From an uncultured Ruminococcus sp. (GTDB lineage: Bacteria; Bacillota; Clostridia; Oscillospirales; Acutalibacteraceae), in contig CADCOE010000045.1 in the NCBI GenBank assembly GCA_902802985.1, positions 7,051 through 71,050 on the forward strand: DNA of 64,000 nucleotides. Direction: 5' to 3'. Both the position numbers and the translations under genes were made by a program. The notes under the pieces are model-generated. The model ran no database searches and was not told the DNA's origin. It saw only the letters and a program-made list of their open reading frames with translations. Positions 1 to 9,170 of this stretch are shown here, piece after piece (position 1 is the stretch's first letter; the number at the start of each line of letters is the position of its first letter).

Positions 1-2
1 CA

Positions 3-593
3 TTGGAAAGAACCCTTAAAGCGGTTGAAGAAAAATTCGGTTCGTATTTTTACAGAATGAAATGGATTAATTTTGGCGGCGGACACCACATCACCAAAAA
101 CAATTACCATTTGGACAAGCTGACGGAATGTATTTTGTATATTAAAAACAAATACAATGTTCAGGTATATATTGAACCTGGCGAAGCAGTCGCTCTGAAT
201 GCCGGTTATTTGGTCACTACCGTGCTGGATCAATTAAAAAATAATATGAATATTGCTATTGTTGACACATCCGCTGCCTGTCATATGCCTGATGTTCTTG
301 AAATGCCCTACAGACCGCATATTATTCATTCCGAACAGCCGGGGGTCTTACCATATACCTATCGCCTTGGTGCTCCTACTTGTCTTGCCGGTGATGTCAT
401 TGGAGATTATTCATTTGACAAACCTCTCCAAATCGGAGATAAATTGATATTCACAGATATGTCAATTTATTCGATGGTCAAAAATAACACCTTCAATGGT
501 ATGCCATTGCCTTCGATCTATCTTTTAAGGTCAGATGGAACAACAGAATTGCTGAAAAAATTTGATTATAATGATTTCAAAAGCAGACTTTAA
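3..593 (+). CDS. nspC: carboxynorspermidine/carboxyspermidine decarboxylase, C-terminal ~196 aa (the gene begins left of the window; the TTG at 3 is a track artefact)
   Basis: The ORF is open to the window edge. Motifs FGGGHH, EPGEAVA, CLAGDVIGDY and NTFNGMPLPSIY are ones I associate with NspC-type fold-III PLP decarboxylases. Confidence 0.75.
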   Translation: MERTLKAVEEKFGSYFYRMKWINFGGGHHITKNNYHLDKLTECILYIKNKYNVQVYIEPGEAVALNAGYLVTTVLDQLKNNMNIAIVDTSAACHMPDVLEMPYRPHIIHSEQPGVLPYTYRLGAPTCLAGDVIGDYSFDKPLQIGDKLIFTDMSIYSMVKNNTFNGMPLPSIYLLRSDGTTELLKKFDYNDFKSRL

Positions 594-707
594 AATTAAT
601 AACAGTACGGGATATCATATTGCTGGTTCCGTGCTGTTTTTTACACAAAAATCCGCAGCCACAAAATATCCATTCTGTTGCTGCGGATCATTATTTGAGA
701 TCAACTA

Positions 708-2456
708 TTATTTGTAATATTTATCACGTGGAACATAGGTTGTATGAAGATACTTATGAGCCTTTTCCTTGCCAGGTGCCTCAAAATATTCATCATAAAC
801 CATCTTGATAACGGGGCTTTCGTCACTGCAACGGAACTCAGCAGCTGCGTCATAATCGTACAGTGCCTTTGAGCGAAGTGCCTTGTAATCAACATAATTG
901 CGAATGCTGTCGCTAAGGAGAGGCTGACCGCCGCCATTGATACAACCACCGGGACAAGCCATAATTTCTACCATCTGATAATCTGCTTCGCCCTTCTTGA
1001 TTTTCTCAAGCAGCTGACGTGCATTGCCAAGACCGGATGTTACTGCTACATTGATCTTGATGCCTGCTACTTCATAAGTAACGGTACGAACCGCCTCAGG
1101 TCCTCTTACTTCTTCAAAGTCAACCTTCTTAAATTCGCCGTCAAGAGTTCTTGCTGCTGTTCTTAGAGCTGCTTCAAGCACACCGCCTGTTGCACCGAAA
1201 ATAGCACCACCGCCTGTTGCTTTATTAAACGGAGCATCATAATCCTCTTCTTCAAGCTCATTGAAGGAAATACCGGCACGTTTGATCATTCTTGCCAGTT
1301 CTCTGGTAGTAAGTGCAACATCTACATCGTCATATGCTTCGTTGGAACGAAGGTCAGGTCTGGATGCCTCAAACTTCTTTGCTGTACAGGGAATAACACT
1401 GACAACAAACAGGTTTTTCGGATCGATATTGTTCTTTTCACAATAGTAACTCTTGAGAACTGCACCAAACATTGCCTGAGGTGATTTACAAGTAGAAAGA
1501 TGCGGAATAAACTCCGGATAGTAATGCTCAACAAACTTTACCCAGCCTGGGCAGCAAGATGTAAACATCGGAAGTGTACCGCCGTTCTGTACTCTTTCAA
1601 TCAGCTCGTTAGCTTCTTCAAGGATGGTAAGATCGGCCGTAAAGTCCATATTGAAGATCTTGACACCTTCGCCCAAGCGGCGAATGGCTGCCGTCATTTT
1701 ACCGTCTACGTTAGTACCAACCGGAAGTCCGAAGCTTTCACCGAGTGTTGCCTTAATGGACGGAGCTGTATAGAATACAACCTGCTTTTCGGGATCCGCA
1801 ATAGCTTCCCAAACTTTGTCTTCCTGACTCTTTTCTGTCAGAGCACCCACAGGACAACTTACTACGCACTGACCGCAGCCAACGCAAGGAGAATCATTCA
1901 AACTCTTATCAAATGCACTGCCTACGTGTACAGCGAAACCACGCTTGATGGGGCCGATAACAGAAACAGACTGAACATTTTTACAAGCAGCAACACAACG
2001 CATACACTGAATACACTTGTTGTTATCACGAACGATATATGGTGATGCATCGTCGATTTCATAAATGGGTTCTTCTGAGGTAAATCTGTCCTCATCGACA
2101 CCATACTCCGCAGCAAGACGCTGAAGCTCACAGTTGTTGTTGCGTACACAAGAAAGACACTTTTTATGGTGTGTGGAAAGAAGAAGTTCCAGTGTTGTTT
2201 TTCTTGATTTGATGACGGCAGGAGTATTAGTGAATACTTCCAGACCTTCTTCAGCGGGATAAACACAAGCTGCCAAAAGACCTCTGCGGTTCTTGGCTTC
2301 TACCATACAGACACGACAAGCACCTATACAGTTAATATCTTTTAAGTAGCAAAGTGTAGGGATCTCTATATTGGCTTCTTTCGCCGCCTGAAGAATTGTA
2401 TATCCCTTTGGTACCTCTACAGGTATATTGTTAATTTTAAGATGTACAGTTTCCAT
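708..2456 (-). CDS. hydA: [FeFe]-hydrogenase catalytic subunit (HydA/HndD type, multimeric bifurcating class)
   Basis: 582 aa with RBS taaggagggg upstream of the ATG. It has N-terminal 2Fe-2S and several 4Fe-4S Cys clusters. The H-cluster signatures FTSCCPGW, IPCTAKKFE and EIMACPGGCINGGGQP are present. Confidence 0.95.
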   Translation of the reverse strand: METVHLKINNIPVEVPKGYTILQAAKEANIEIPTLCYLKDINCIGACRVCMVEAKNRRGLLAACVYPAEEGLEVFTNTPAVIKSRKTTLELLLSTHHKKCLSCVRNNNCELQRLAAEYGVDEDRFTSEEPIYEIDDASPYIVRDNNKCIQCMRCVAACKNVQSVSVIGPIKRGFAVHVGSAFDKSLNDSPCVGCGQCVVSCPVGALTEKSQEDKVWEAIADPEKQVVFYTAPSIKATLGESFGLPVGTNVDGKMTAAIRRLGEGVKIFNMDFTADLTILEEANELIERVQNGGTLPMFTSCCPGWVKFVEHYYPEFIPHLSTCKSPQAMFGAVLKSYYCEKNNIDPKNLFVVSVIPCTAKKFEASRPDLRSNEAYDDVDVALTTRELARMIKRAGISFNELEEEDYDAPFNKATGGGAIFGATGGVLEAALRTAARTLDGEFKKVDFEEVRGPEAVRTVTYEVAGIKINVAVTSGLGNARQLLEKIKKGEADYQMVEIMACPGGCINGGGQPLLSDSIRNYVDYKALRSKALYDYDAAAEFRCSDESPVIKMVYDEYFEAPGKEKAHKYLHTTYVPRDKYYK

Positions 2457-2471
2457 ATTATTATCCCCTCC

Positions 2472-4364
2472 TTAAACAGTATGAATCGCACCGAAGCGAC
2501 AGTTCTGCATACAAACGCCGCACTTAATGCACTTCTTGCTGTCAATAACGTGCGGTTCTTTAACAGTACCGCTGATTGCACCAACAGGACACTTTCTTGC
2601 ACAAAGTGTGCAACCTTTACATTTATCAGGGATAATCTCATATCTGATAAGCGATTTACATACGCCTGCAGGACATTTTTTATCTTCAATATGAGCAATA
2701 TATTCATCCTTGAAGAATTTCATAGTAGAAAGAATGGGGTTCGGTGCTGTCTGACCGAGTGCACAGAGGGATGACTTCTGCATATGCTGTGCCAGTTCTT
2801 CGATCTTTTCAAGGTCTTCCGGTTCACCATTACCCTTAGTGATCTTATCAAGATATTGCAGCAATCTTTGTGTACCTACACGACAAGGTGTACATTTGCC
2901 GCAGCTCTCGTCAACGGTAAATTCAAGATAAAATTTCGCAATATCTACCATACAGGTATCTTCATCAATGATGATCATACCGCCGGAACCCATCATTGAA
3001 CCGATGGCAAGAAGGCTATCATAATCGATCGGTGTATCAATATGCTCTGCAGGGATACATCCGCCGGAAGGTCCGCCCGTCTGAGCAGCCTTGAATTTTT
3101 TACCGTTCGGAATACCGCCGCCGATTTCTTCTACGATCTCACGCAAAGTTGTACCCATCGGGATTTCAACCAGACCAACGTTATTGATCTTACCGCCAAG
3201 AGCAAATACTTTGGTACCTCTGCTCTTCTCTGTACCGATGGAAGAATACCACTCACTGCCTCTGAGAATGATCTGTGCAATATTAGCATATGTTTCAACA
3301 TTATTAAGAACGGTAGGTTTGCCGAAGAGTCCCTTAACTGCCGGGAACGGAGGACGTGGATGAGGCTCGCCTCTGTTGCCTTCGATAGATGTCATCAACG
3401 CTGTTTCCTCACCGCATACGAACGCACCGGCACCAAGACGAATTTCCATATCGAAATCAAATCCTGAACCGAAGATATTTTTACCGAGGAAACCATATTC
3501 CTTAGCTTGTTCGATAGCAATTCTGAGACGTTCCACTGCGATTGGATATTCCGCTCTGACATACACAAAGCCGTGATGTGCACCGATCGCATAACCTGCG
3601 ATAATCATTGCTTCAATGATACACTGTGGATCGCCTTCAAGAATAGAACGGTCCATAAATGCACCGGGGTCGCCTTCATCGGCATTACAGCACACATATT
3701 TAACATCGCCCTGAGAAGCACGTGCAAACGACCATTTTCTTCCTGTTGGGAAGCCGCCGCCTCCTCTGCCTCGCAGACCGGAATCAAGAACTTCCTGAAT
3801 AACTTCGTCCGGTGTCATTGTGGTCAACGCCTTAGCAAGAGCCTGATAACCTTCCATTGCGATATATTCTTTGATATTTTCGGGATCGATAACACCGCAG
3901 TTTCTCAGTGCAATACGAAGCTGTTTTTTATAGAATGATGTTTCTGAAAGTGAAAGGATAGAACCGTCCGTATGTACGGTTTCCTGATAAAGCAGATCGG
4001 TTACTACTTTACCCTCTACAAGATGTTCTTTCACAATTCTTTCTACCCCTTCAGGAGTAGCCTGAGAATAGAAAGCACCTTCGGGATATACTATCATAAT
4101 CGGACCGAGGGAACAAAGACCGAAACAGCCCGTTCTTACCACAAGGATCTCATCCTCAATGCCATTTTCTTTCAGTGAATTTTCCAGTGCAGCAAGTACC
4201 TTTTTACTGCCGGACGACGTACAGCCCGTACCACCGCAAACGAGAACCTGTTTACGATAGCCTGTTTTTTCAGCAAGCTTCTCGCCCTGTTCTTTCACAA
4301 CTTTTCTGACAAGGACAAGTTCTTCATAATCATTTTTTATTTTATTCAGTTCTTCTAATGTCAT
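2472..4364 (-). CDS. hydB: NuoF-like NAD(P)H-binding flavoprotein subunit of the hydrogenase (HydB/HndC)
   Basis: 630 aa with the GRGGGGFPTGRKW FMN/NADH motif, an N-terminal thioredoxin-like 2Fe-2S module and a C-terminal 2x CxxCxxCxxxCP. Its start overlaps the hydC stop (TAATG at 4362-4366). Confidence 0.95.
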   Translation of the reverse strand: MTLEELNKIKNDYEELVLVRKVVKEQGEKLAEKTGYRKQVLVCGGTGCTSSGSKKVLAALENSLKENGIEDEILVVRTGCFGLCSLGPIMIVYPEGAFYSQATPEGVERIVKEHLVEGKVVTDLLYQETVHTDGSILSLSETSFYKKQLRIALRNCGVIDPENIKEYIAMEGYQALAKALTTMTPDEVIQEVLDSGLRGRGGGGFPTGRKWSFARASQGDVKYVCCNADEGDPGAFMDRSILEGDPQCIIEAMIIAGYAIGAHHGFVYVRAEYPIAVERLRIAIEQAKEYGFLGKNIFGSGFDFDMEIRLGAGAFVCGEETALMTSIEGNRGEPHPRPPFPAVKGLFGKPTVLNNVETYANIAQIILRGSEWYSSIGTEKSRGTKVFALGGKINNVGLVEIPMGTTLREIVEEIGGGIPNGKKFKAAQTGGPSGGCIPAEHIDTPIDYDSLLAIGSMMGSGGMIIIDEDTCMVDIAKFYLEFTVDESCGKCTPCRVGTQRLLQYLDKITKGNGEPEDLEKIEELAQHMQKSSLCALGQTAPNPILSTMKFFKDEYIAHIEDKKCPAGVCKSLIRYEIIPDKCKGCTLCARKCPVGAISGTVKEPHVIDSKKCIKCGVCMQNCRFGAIHTV

Positions 4365-4876
4365 TAGTTGCTGCCCCCTTCCTCGGCAAGATATTTATCA
4401 ATGATTTTGTCAACCTCAGCCGGAGTCAGCTTACCGTAAACATCCTCATCAATCATCATTACCGGAGCAAGACCGCACGCACCTACGCAGCGGCATGAAT
4501 CGATGGAAAACAAACCGTCAGCAGTACATTCGCCGCTCTTGATACCAAGTTTCTTTTCTACCTCTGCAAGAATTTTGTCGGCACCCTTTACGTAGCATGC
4601 CGTACCAAGACAGACACTGATTCTGTGTTTACCCTTAGGTGTGAGACTAAAACGTGAATAAAAGGTCGCCACGCCGTATACCTCACTGAGTGAAACGCCA
4701 AGACCATCAGCAACCATCTGCTGAACTTCGATAGGAAGATAGCCGTAAATTTCCTGAGCCTCATGAAGAACGGGCAATAAAGCACCGGGTAATTGTTTAT
4801 TTTGTTCAATTACCTCTTGAAGCTTTTGCTGCTGTTCAGGGGTTCCCTGGAAAGCAGGAAGAGTTTTTTCTGCCAT
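4364..4876 (-). CDS. hydC: NuoE-like 2Fe-2S subunit of the hydrogenase (HydC/HndA)
   Basis: 170 aa with the Cys pattern CLGTAC ... C ... CVGACGLAP typical of NuoE/HndA. RBS ccgggaggaa. Confidence 0.9.
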   Translation of the reverse strand: MAEKTLPAFQGTPEQQQKLQEVIEQNKQLPGALLPVLHEAQEIYGYLPIEVQQMVADGLGVSLSEVYGVATFYSRFSLTPKGKHRISVCLGTACYVKGADKILAEVEKKLGIKSGECTADGLFSIDSCRCVGACGLAPVMMIDEDVYGKLTPAEVDKIIDKYLAEEGGSN

Positions 4877-4936
4877 TTATATTCCTCCCGGATTTTATTA
4901 AATTTATCGTCAGAAAACTGAACTAAATTCATCTTA

Positions 4937-4965
4937 ATTATACTTCAATTTTTGTTTTATTACAA
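4937..4965 (-). promoter_or_regulatory. candidate sigma-A promoter of hydCBA (TTGTAA-17 nt-TATAAT)
   Basis: On the minus strand the sequence reads ttgtaa taaaacaaaaattgaag tataat, about 60 nt upstream of the hydC ATG. It lies in a 320-bp AT-rich spacer, where chance matches are likely. Confidence 0.35.
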
Positions 4966-5198
4966 GAATTTTTTTGACTTTTTCTCCTTTTATCAACAAA
5001 AATAGTATACAAATTTAGTTATAATATTTATATAATAATAACCAATAAATAATAATGAAATTTATTTTGTTAATTCTTCACAGCACTTCTATGGAATTTT
5101 ATTTTCAGAAACTTGTATATTTTGTATGTTATACAAAAAAATAAACAAAACGACTGTTTTTTTCATCAATCAACATATTTTTTGATAAAAAACTTACT

Positions 5199-5969
5199 TT
5201 AAACAAGCGTGAAAATAGTTGGATTATCACCGCATATACGGCAGTCTCTGACATATTTTGGTAATTTTACCATACGAAACTCTGTTTGTATGGCATCATA
5301 TATCAGCAGTTTGGCTGTAAGCAGTTCTCCTTTTCCAATAATATATTTGATAGCTTCCATTGCCTGCAAACAGCCTATCACACCGACTGTTGCTCCCATA
5401 ACACCGTTTCGTGCCGTATTGGGGGTAGAGGATGGGGGCGGATTTTTAAAAATACATCTGTAACAGGGACCTTGTCCCGGAACATAAGTCATTAATTGTC
5501 CCTTAAATCCGACAACCCCTGCATGAGAAAACGGTTTTTTCAATAACACACAGGCATCATTGATCAAAAATTTGGAAGAAAAATTATCAGTTGCATCTAT
5601 CACAAAATCGTACTCTGCAATGACATCCTCTATATTGGATGCATCCAAAAACAGAGGATAGACATTTACCTTAACGTCAGGATTAAGTTTTTCCATTTTT
5701 TCCTTAGCGGAATTCACCTTTGCCCTGCCGACATCGGAAGTAGAATGAAGAATTTGACGCTGTAGATTAGATAAATCCACTTCATCTGCATCCACTATCC
5801 CAAGTGTTCCGACACCAGCTGCCGCAAGATACAACGCCGCCGGTGAACCCAGCCCCCCTGCTCCGATGATCAGCACCTTAGCATTTAAAAGTTGCTTTTG
5901 TCCTTTCTCACCCACCTCGGCAAGTTTGATATTCCGCAAATATCGTTGGGATTGTTCCTGAGAAAACAT
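5199..5969 (-). CDS. ThiF/MoeB/HesA-family adenylyltransferase (E1-like), 256 aa
   Basis: It has the GAGGLGS nucleotide-binding loop, two CxxC pairs (PCYRC, DCRICG) and GVMGATVGVIGCLQAMEAIK. The start was moved to ATG 5969 (RBS ggaaaggaac) because the track's N-terminal 34 codons run through the nrdG terminator hairpin. Confidence 0.85.
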   Translation of the reverse strand: MFSQEQSQRYLRNIKLAEVGEKGQKQLLNAKVLIIGAGGLGSPAALYLAAAGVGTLGIVDADEVDLSNLQRQILHSTSDVGRAKVNSAKEKMEKLNPDVKVNVYPLFLDASNIEDVIAEYDFVIDATDNFSSKFLINDACVLLKKPFSHAGVVGFKGQLMTYVPGQGPCYRCIFKNPPPSSTPNTARNGVMGATVGVIGCLQAMEAIKYIIGKGELLTAKLLIYDAIQTEFRMVKLPKYVRDCRICGDNPTIFTLV

Positions 5970-6049
5970 TCTGTTTTGTTCCTTTCCGTGAAATTCTTTA
6001 TTGCTGCCAATAATGCCTTCTATCCATACCGTACAAAAAACAGGGCAAA

Positions 6050-6086
6050 ACAAAAACTGCCGCAAGAACAATCATTTTGCGGCAGC
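6050..6086 (-). terminator. intrinsic terminator after nrdG
   Basis: On the minus strand a CTGCCGCAA / TTGCGGCAG stem is followed by TTTTTGTTTT. Confidence 0.7.
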
Positions 6087-6209
6087 TTTTGAAATGAATT
6101 ACGGTACAATAACAAAAAAGCTACACTGTTGTCAAACTTTGAACCATCTTAAGCCGGCAGGATTGTAGTTGCCATTTTTTCAATGTTGTTGGAAGATAAC
6201 CCTGTCAAT

Positions 6210-6746
6210 TTAATCGTTCAGTTCCGACAAAACAATCTTTCCTGTTTCTCTGGTCTTTTTGACATCAATAATACGTTGATTGGAAGAACCCTTGAATTTC
6301 AGACACAGATTTCTCAATTCCTCTACAAATCTGCCGTCAACAAGAATTGACGTATGATCCAAGATTTCATCCGTACATTCAATATAGCGACAACCTCCGG
6401 GTACCAGATCTTTTTCATAAGTAAAGCCTGTATAAATCCAGATATTCCTGTCAGGAAGCTCTTTACTGATTCTGCGTATCAGTTTAACGATCTCACGTTG
6501 ATTGGATGGTTCAAACGGTTCTCCTCCCAGTATTGTCAGTCCGTTATAATAGCTTTTGGACAATTCATTGACAATAAGTTCTTCGGTCTGTACGGTATAC
6601 GGCTCGCCATATTCAAAATCCCATGTCTGCGGCTGAAAACATCCCTTGCATCGGTTAGTACAGCCGGACACAAACACACTGACTCTTATGCCGATGCCGT
6701 TGGCACAGTCAGCTGTAATGATCTCTCCGATATGCAACTTTGACAT
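6210..6746 (-). CDS. nrdG: anaerobic ribonucleoside-triphosphate reductase activating protein (radical SAM)
   Basis: 178 aa with GIGIRVSVFVSGCTNRCKGCFQ, the NrdG-type Cys cluster. It sits directly downstream of nrdD. Confidence 0.95.
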   Translation of the reverse strand: MSKLHIGEIITADCANGIGIRVSVFVSGCTNRCKGCFQPQTWDFEYGEPYTVQTEELIVNELSKSYYNGLTILGGEPFEPSNQREIVKLIRRISKELPDRNIWIYTGFTYEKDLVPGGCRYIECTDEILDHTSILVDGRFVEELRNLCLKFKGSSNQRIIDVKKTRETGKIVLSELND

Positions 6747-6791
6747 CGCCCTTCTTGTGATATATCAAATGGAATAAGAAGAAACTCCTTA

Positions 6792-8999
6792 TCATACGGT
6801 CGGTTCCGGAGCAAAAATATGATTGGAAAGATGAAGTACTCTTTCCTTGATTTCTTGGGTGCGACCCTGATTCCAGAACTGTGTACCGATATAGCCACAG
6901 GTTCTTCTGGCAACATTAAGGGTATTTTGATTGCGGTTTTTGCAGTTGGGACATTCCCACACCAGTTTTCCGTATTCATCTTTCACGATCTGTATTTCAC
7001 CACTGTAGCCGCAAACCTGACAATAATCGCTCTTGGTATTCAGCTCTGCATACATAATGTTGTCATAGATAAACTGAATAACATTCAGAACAGCAGGAAT
7101 ATTATCCTGCATATTAGGCACTTCTACATAACTGATAGCTCCTCCGGGAGAAAGTGTCTGAAACTCCGATTCCAGCTTAAGCTTATCAAATGCATTGATT
7201 TCTTCGGTAACGTGTACATGATAGCTGTTGGTAATATAATTTCTGTCTGTAATACCCTCAATAATACCAAAACGCTTTTGCAGACATTTGGCAAATTTAT
7301 AGGTCGTGCTTTCCAGCGGTGTACCATAAATGCTATAGTCAATGTTTTCTTCAGATTTCCACTTGGCACAATATTCATTCAGCTTTTTCATAATTGCTAA
7401 ACCAAGTTCTTTTCCTTCCTCTTCCGTCAATTTCTTGCCGTTAAGGCTATAGACACACTCCCAGAGTCCTGCATATCCCAATGAAAGTGTAGAGTAACCG
7501 CCATACAAAAGTTCATCAATCGGCTCACCTTTTTTCAGTCTGGCGATAGCACCGTACTGCCACAGAATAGGAGCCGCATCGGTTTTGGTTCCAAGCAGTC
7601 TTTTGTGGCGTTCCTGAAGTGCCCGATGACACAAATTCATTCTTTCGTCAAAAATTTCCCAGAACTTTGTCATATCCTTATTGGCACTCAGTCCTATATC
7701 CACCAGATTGACGGTTACAACGCCTTGATTAAATCTGCCGTAATATTTCGGCTTGCCGTTTTTGTCAACATACGGAGTAAGAAAGCTGCGGCAGCCCATA
7801 CATGTATAGCAGTGTCCTTCACCGTTTTTATCAATTTTATTTTTGAGCATTACTTTTTCCGAAATATAGTCGGGTACCATTCTCTTGGCGGTACACTTAG
7901 CCGCCAGTTCTGTCAGATACCAGTATTTTCCGTCCTCGGTAATGTTATCTTCCTCCAAAACGTATATCAGTTTTGGAAAGGCAGGTGTGATCCAGACGCC
8001 TGCTTCATTTTTTACACCGGTATAACGTTGACGAAGCGTTTCTTCAATAATCATAGCAAGATCTCTTTTTTCTTGCTCATCCTTTGCCTCATTCAAATAC
8101 ATAAAAACAGTAACAAAAGGTGCCTGACCATTAGTGGTAAGGAGAGTCACTACCTGATACTGTATTGTCTGTACTCCCTTGGTAATTTCTTTACGCAAAC
8201 GTTCTTCTACGATTTGATCCATTTTCTCCTGTGGGATTTCGCAGTCCATTTCTTTCAATTCCGCTATAAATTCCCTTTTGATCTTTTCTCTCGAAATCTG
8301 GACAAACGGTGCCAAATGGGTTAGGCTGATGCTTTGACCACCATATTGGTTGCTTGCCACTTGAGCAATGATTTGAGTTGCAATATTACAGGCGGTCGAA
8401 AAACTATGCGGTTTCTCGATTAATGTTTCACTGATAACGGTACCATTCTGAAGCATATCTTCAAGGTTAACAAGGTCACAGTTATGCATATGCTGTGCAA
8501 AATAATCCGTATCGTGAAAATGAATTAATCCCTTTTCGTGTGCCTCCACAATGTCCGGCGGAAGTAAGATACGTTTGGTAAGGTCTTTACTGACCTCACC
8601 TGCCATATAATCTCGCTGAACGCTGTTAACGGTAGGATTTTTATTAGAATTTTCCTGTTTTACTTCTTCGTTGTTACACTCGATCAGCGTTAATATCTTA
8701 TTATCGGTCGTATTGGAACGTCTGACAAGGGAACGGGTGTAACGATAACGCACATAGTTCTTGGCAAGTTCAAATGCACCCTTTGCCATAATCTGATCTT
8801 CTACCATATCTTGAATTTCTTCTACCGATACAGCCCTGCCCATTTTATTGCACTTGTATTCTACATATTCCGCTATATCTTTTATCTGCTCCTGTGTAAG
8901 GAACTGTTGAGCAGATGCATTATTTGCCTTAGTGACGGCATTGACGATTTTTTCACCGTTAAAAATCTCTTCGGATGAATTTCTTTTAATAATTCTCAT
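6792..8999 (-). CDS. nrdD: anaerobic ribonucleoside-triphosphate reductase (class III)
   Basis: It has an N-terminal ATP-cone (RIIKRNSSEEIFNGEKI), a C-terminal Zn ribbon (CQVCGY...CPNC) and the glycyl-radical motif RRTCGYIG. The start was set at ATG 8999, 8 nt after AGGAGGT. The track start at 9035 has no RBS. Confidence 0.95.
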   Translation of the reverse strand: MRIIKRNSSEEIFNGEKIVNAVTKANNASAQQFLTQEQIKDIAEYVEYKCNKMGRAVSVEEIQDMVEDQIMAKGAFELAKNYVRYRYTRSLVRRSNTTDNKILTLIECNNEEVKQENSNKNPTVNSVQRDYMAGEVSKDLTKRILLPPDIVEAHEKGLIHFHDTDYFAQHMHNCDLVNLEDMLQNGTVISETLIEKPHSFSTACNIATQIIAQVASNQYGGQSISLTHLAPFVQISREKIKREFIAELKEMDCEIPQEKMDQIVEERLRKEITKGVQTIQYQVVTLLTTNGQAPFVTVFMYLNEAKDEQEKRDLAMIIEETLRQRYTGVKNEAGVWITPAFPKLIYVLEEDNITEDGKYWYLTELAAKCTAKRMVPDYISEKVMLKNKIDKNGEGHCYTCMGCRSFLTPYVDKNGKPKYYGRFNQGVVTVNLVDIGLSANKDMTKFWEIFDERMNLCHRALQERHKRLLGTKTDAAPILWQYGAIARLKKGEPIDELLYGGYSTLSLGYAGLWECVYSLNGKKLTEEEGKELGLAIMKKLNEYCAKWKSEENIDYSIYGTPLESTTYKFAKCLQKRFGIIEGITDRNYITNSYHVHVTEEINAFDKLKLESEFQTLSPGGAISYVEVPNMQDNIPAVLNVIQFIYDNIMYAELNTKSDYCQVCGYSGEIQIVKDEYGKLVWECPNCKNRNQNTLNVARRTCGYIGTQFWNQGRTQEIKERVLHLSNHIFAPEPTV

Positions 9000-9087
9000 A
9001 GATTTTACCTCCTGCCTTTCTTCCATGTTGGTCATTGTTCTTTTTGGGTACGAGTTATATTATATATCAAAAAAACGCCATTACCTG

Positions 9088-9116
9088 TTGCAAATGCAAC
9101 TTTTTAGATGTATAAT
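9088..9116 (+). promoter_or_regulatory. candidate sigma-A promoter of the Crp/Fnr-family gene (TTGCAA-17 nt-TATAAT)
   Basis: The sequence reads ttgcaa atgcaactttttagatg tataat, about 55 nt upstream of ATG 9171. Confidence 0.5.
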
Positions 9117-9162
9117 ACAATATATAGCGTTTTGCACAAAAACATAACACATTATATAGAGG
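9115..9162. promoter_or_regulatory. two tandem NrdR-box-like palindromes (9115-9130 ATACAATATATAGCGT; 9147-9162 ACACATTATATAGAGG)
   Basis: They match the remembered NrdR box acaCwAtATaTwgTgt at 14/16 and 13/16 positions. The starts are 32 bp apart, the usual spacing for tandem boxes. They lie in the nrdD / crp-like divergent region. Confidence 0.55.
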
Positions 9163-9170
9163 GTAAGAAA

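Noticed and set aside
5067-5083. Rex-like operator TTGTTAATTCTTCACAG upstream of hydCBA
   Set aside because: The half-sites are separated by 3 nt rather than 4 and the last position mismatches. The region is so AT-rich that chance matches are expected.
5970-6071. N-terminal 34-codon extension of the ThiF-like ORF
   Set aside because: It runs through the nrdG terminator hairpin. The internal ATG 5969 has an RBS and matches the usual start of ThiF/MoeB proteins.
7605-8324. 239-aa plus-strand ORF antisense to nrdD (and similar antisense ORFs at 6819-7400 and 1500-2045)
   Set aside because: These are shadow ORFs of highly conserved genes on the opposite strand, with no RBS and no recognisable motifs.
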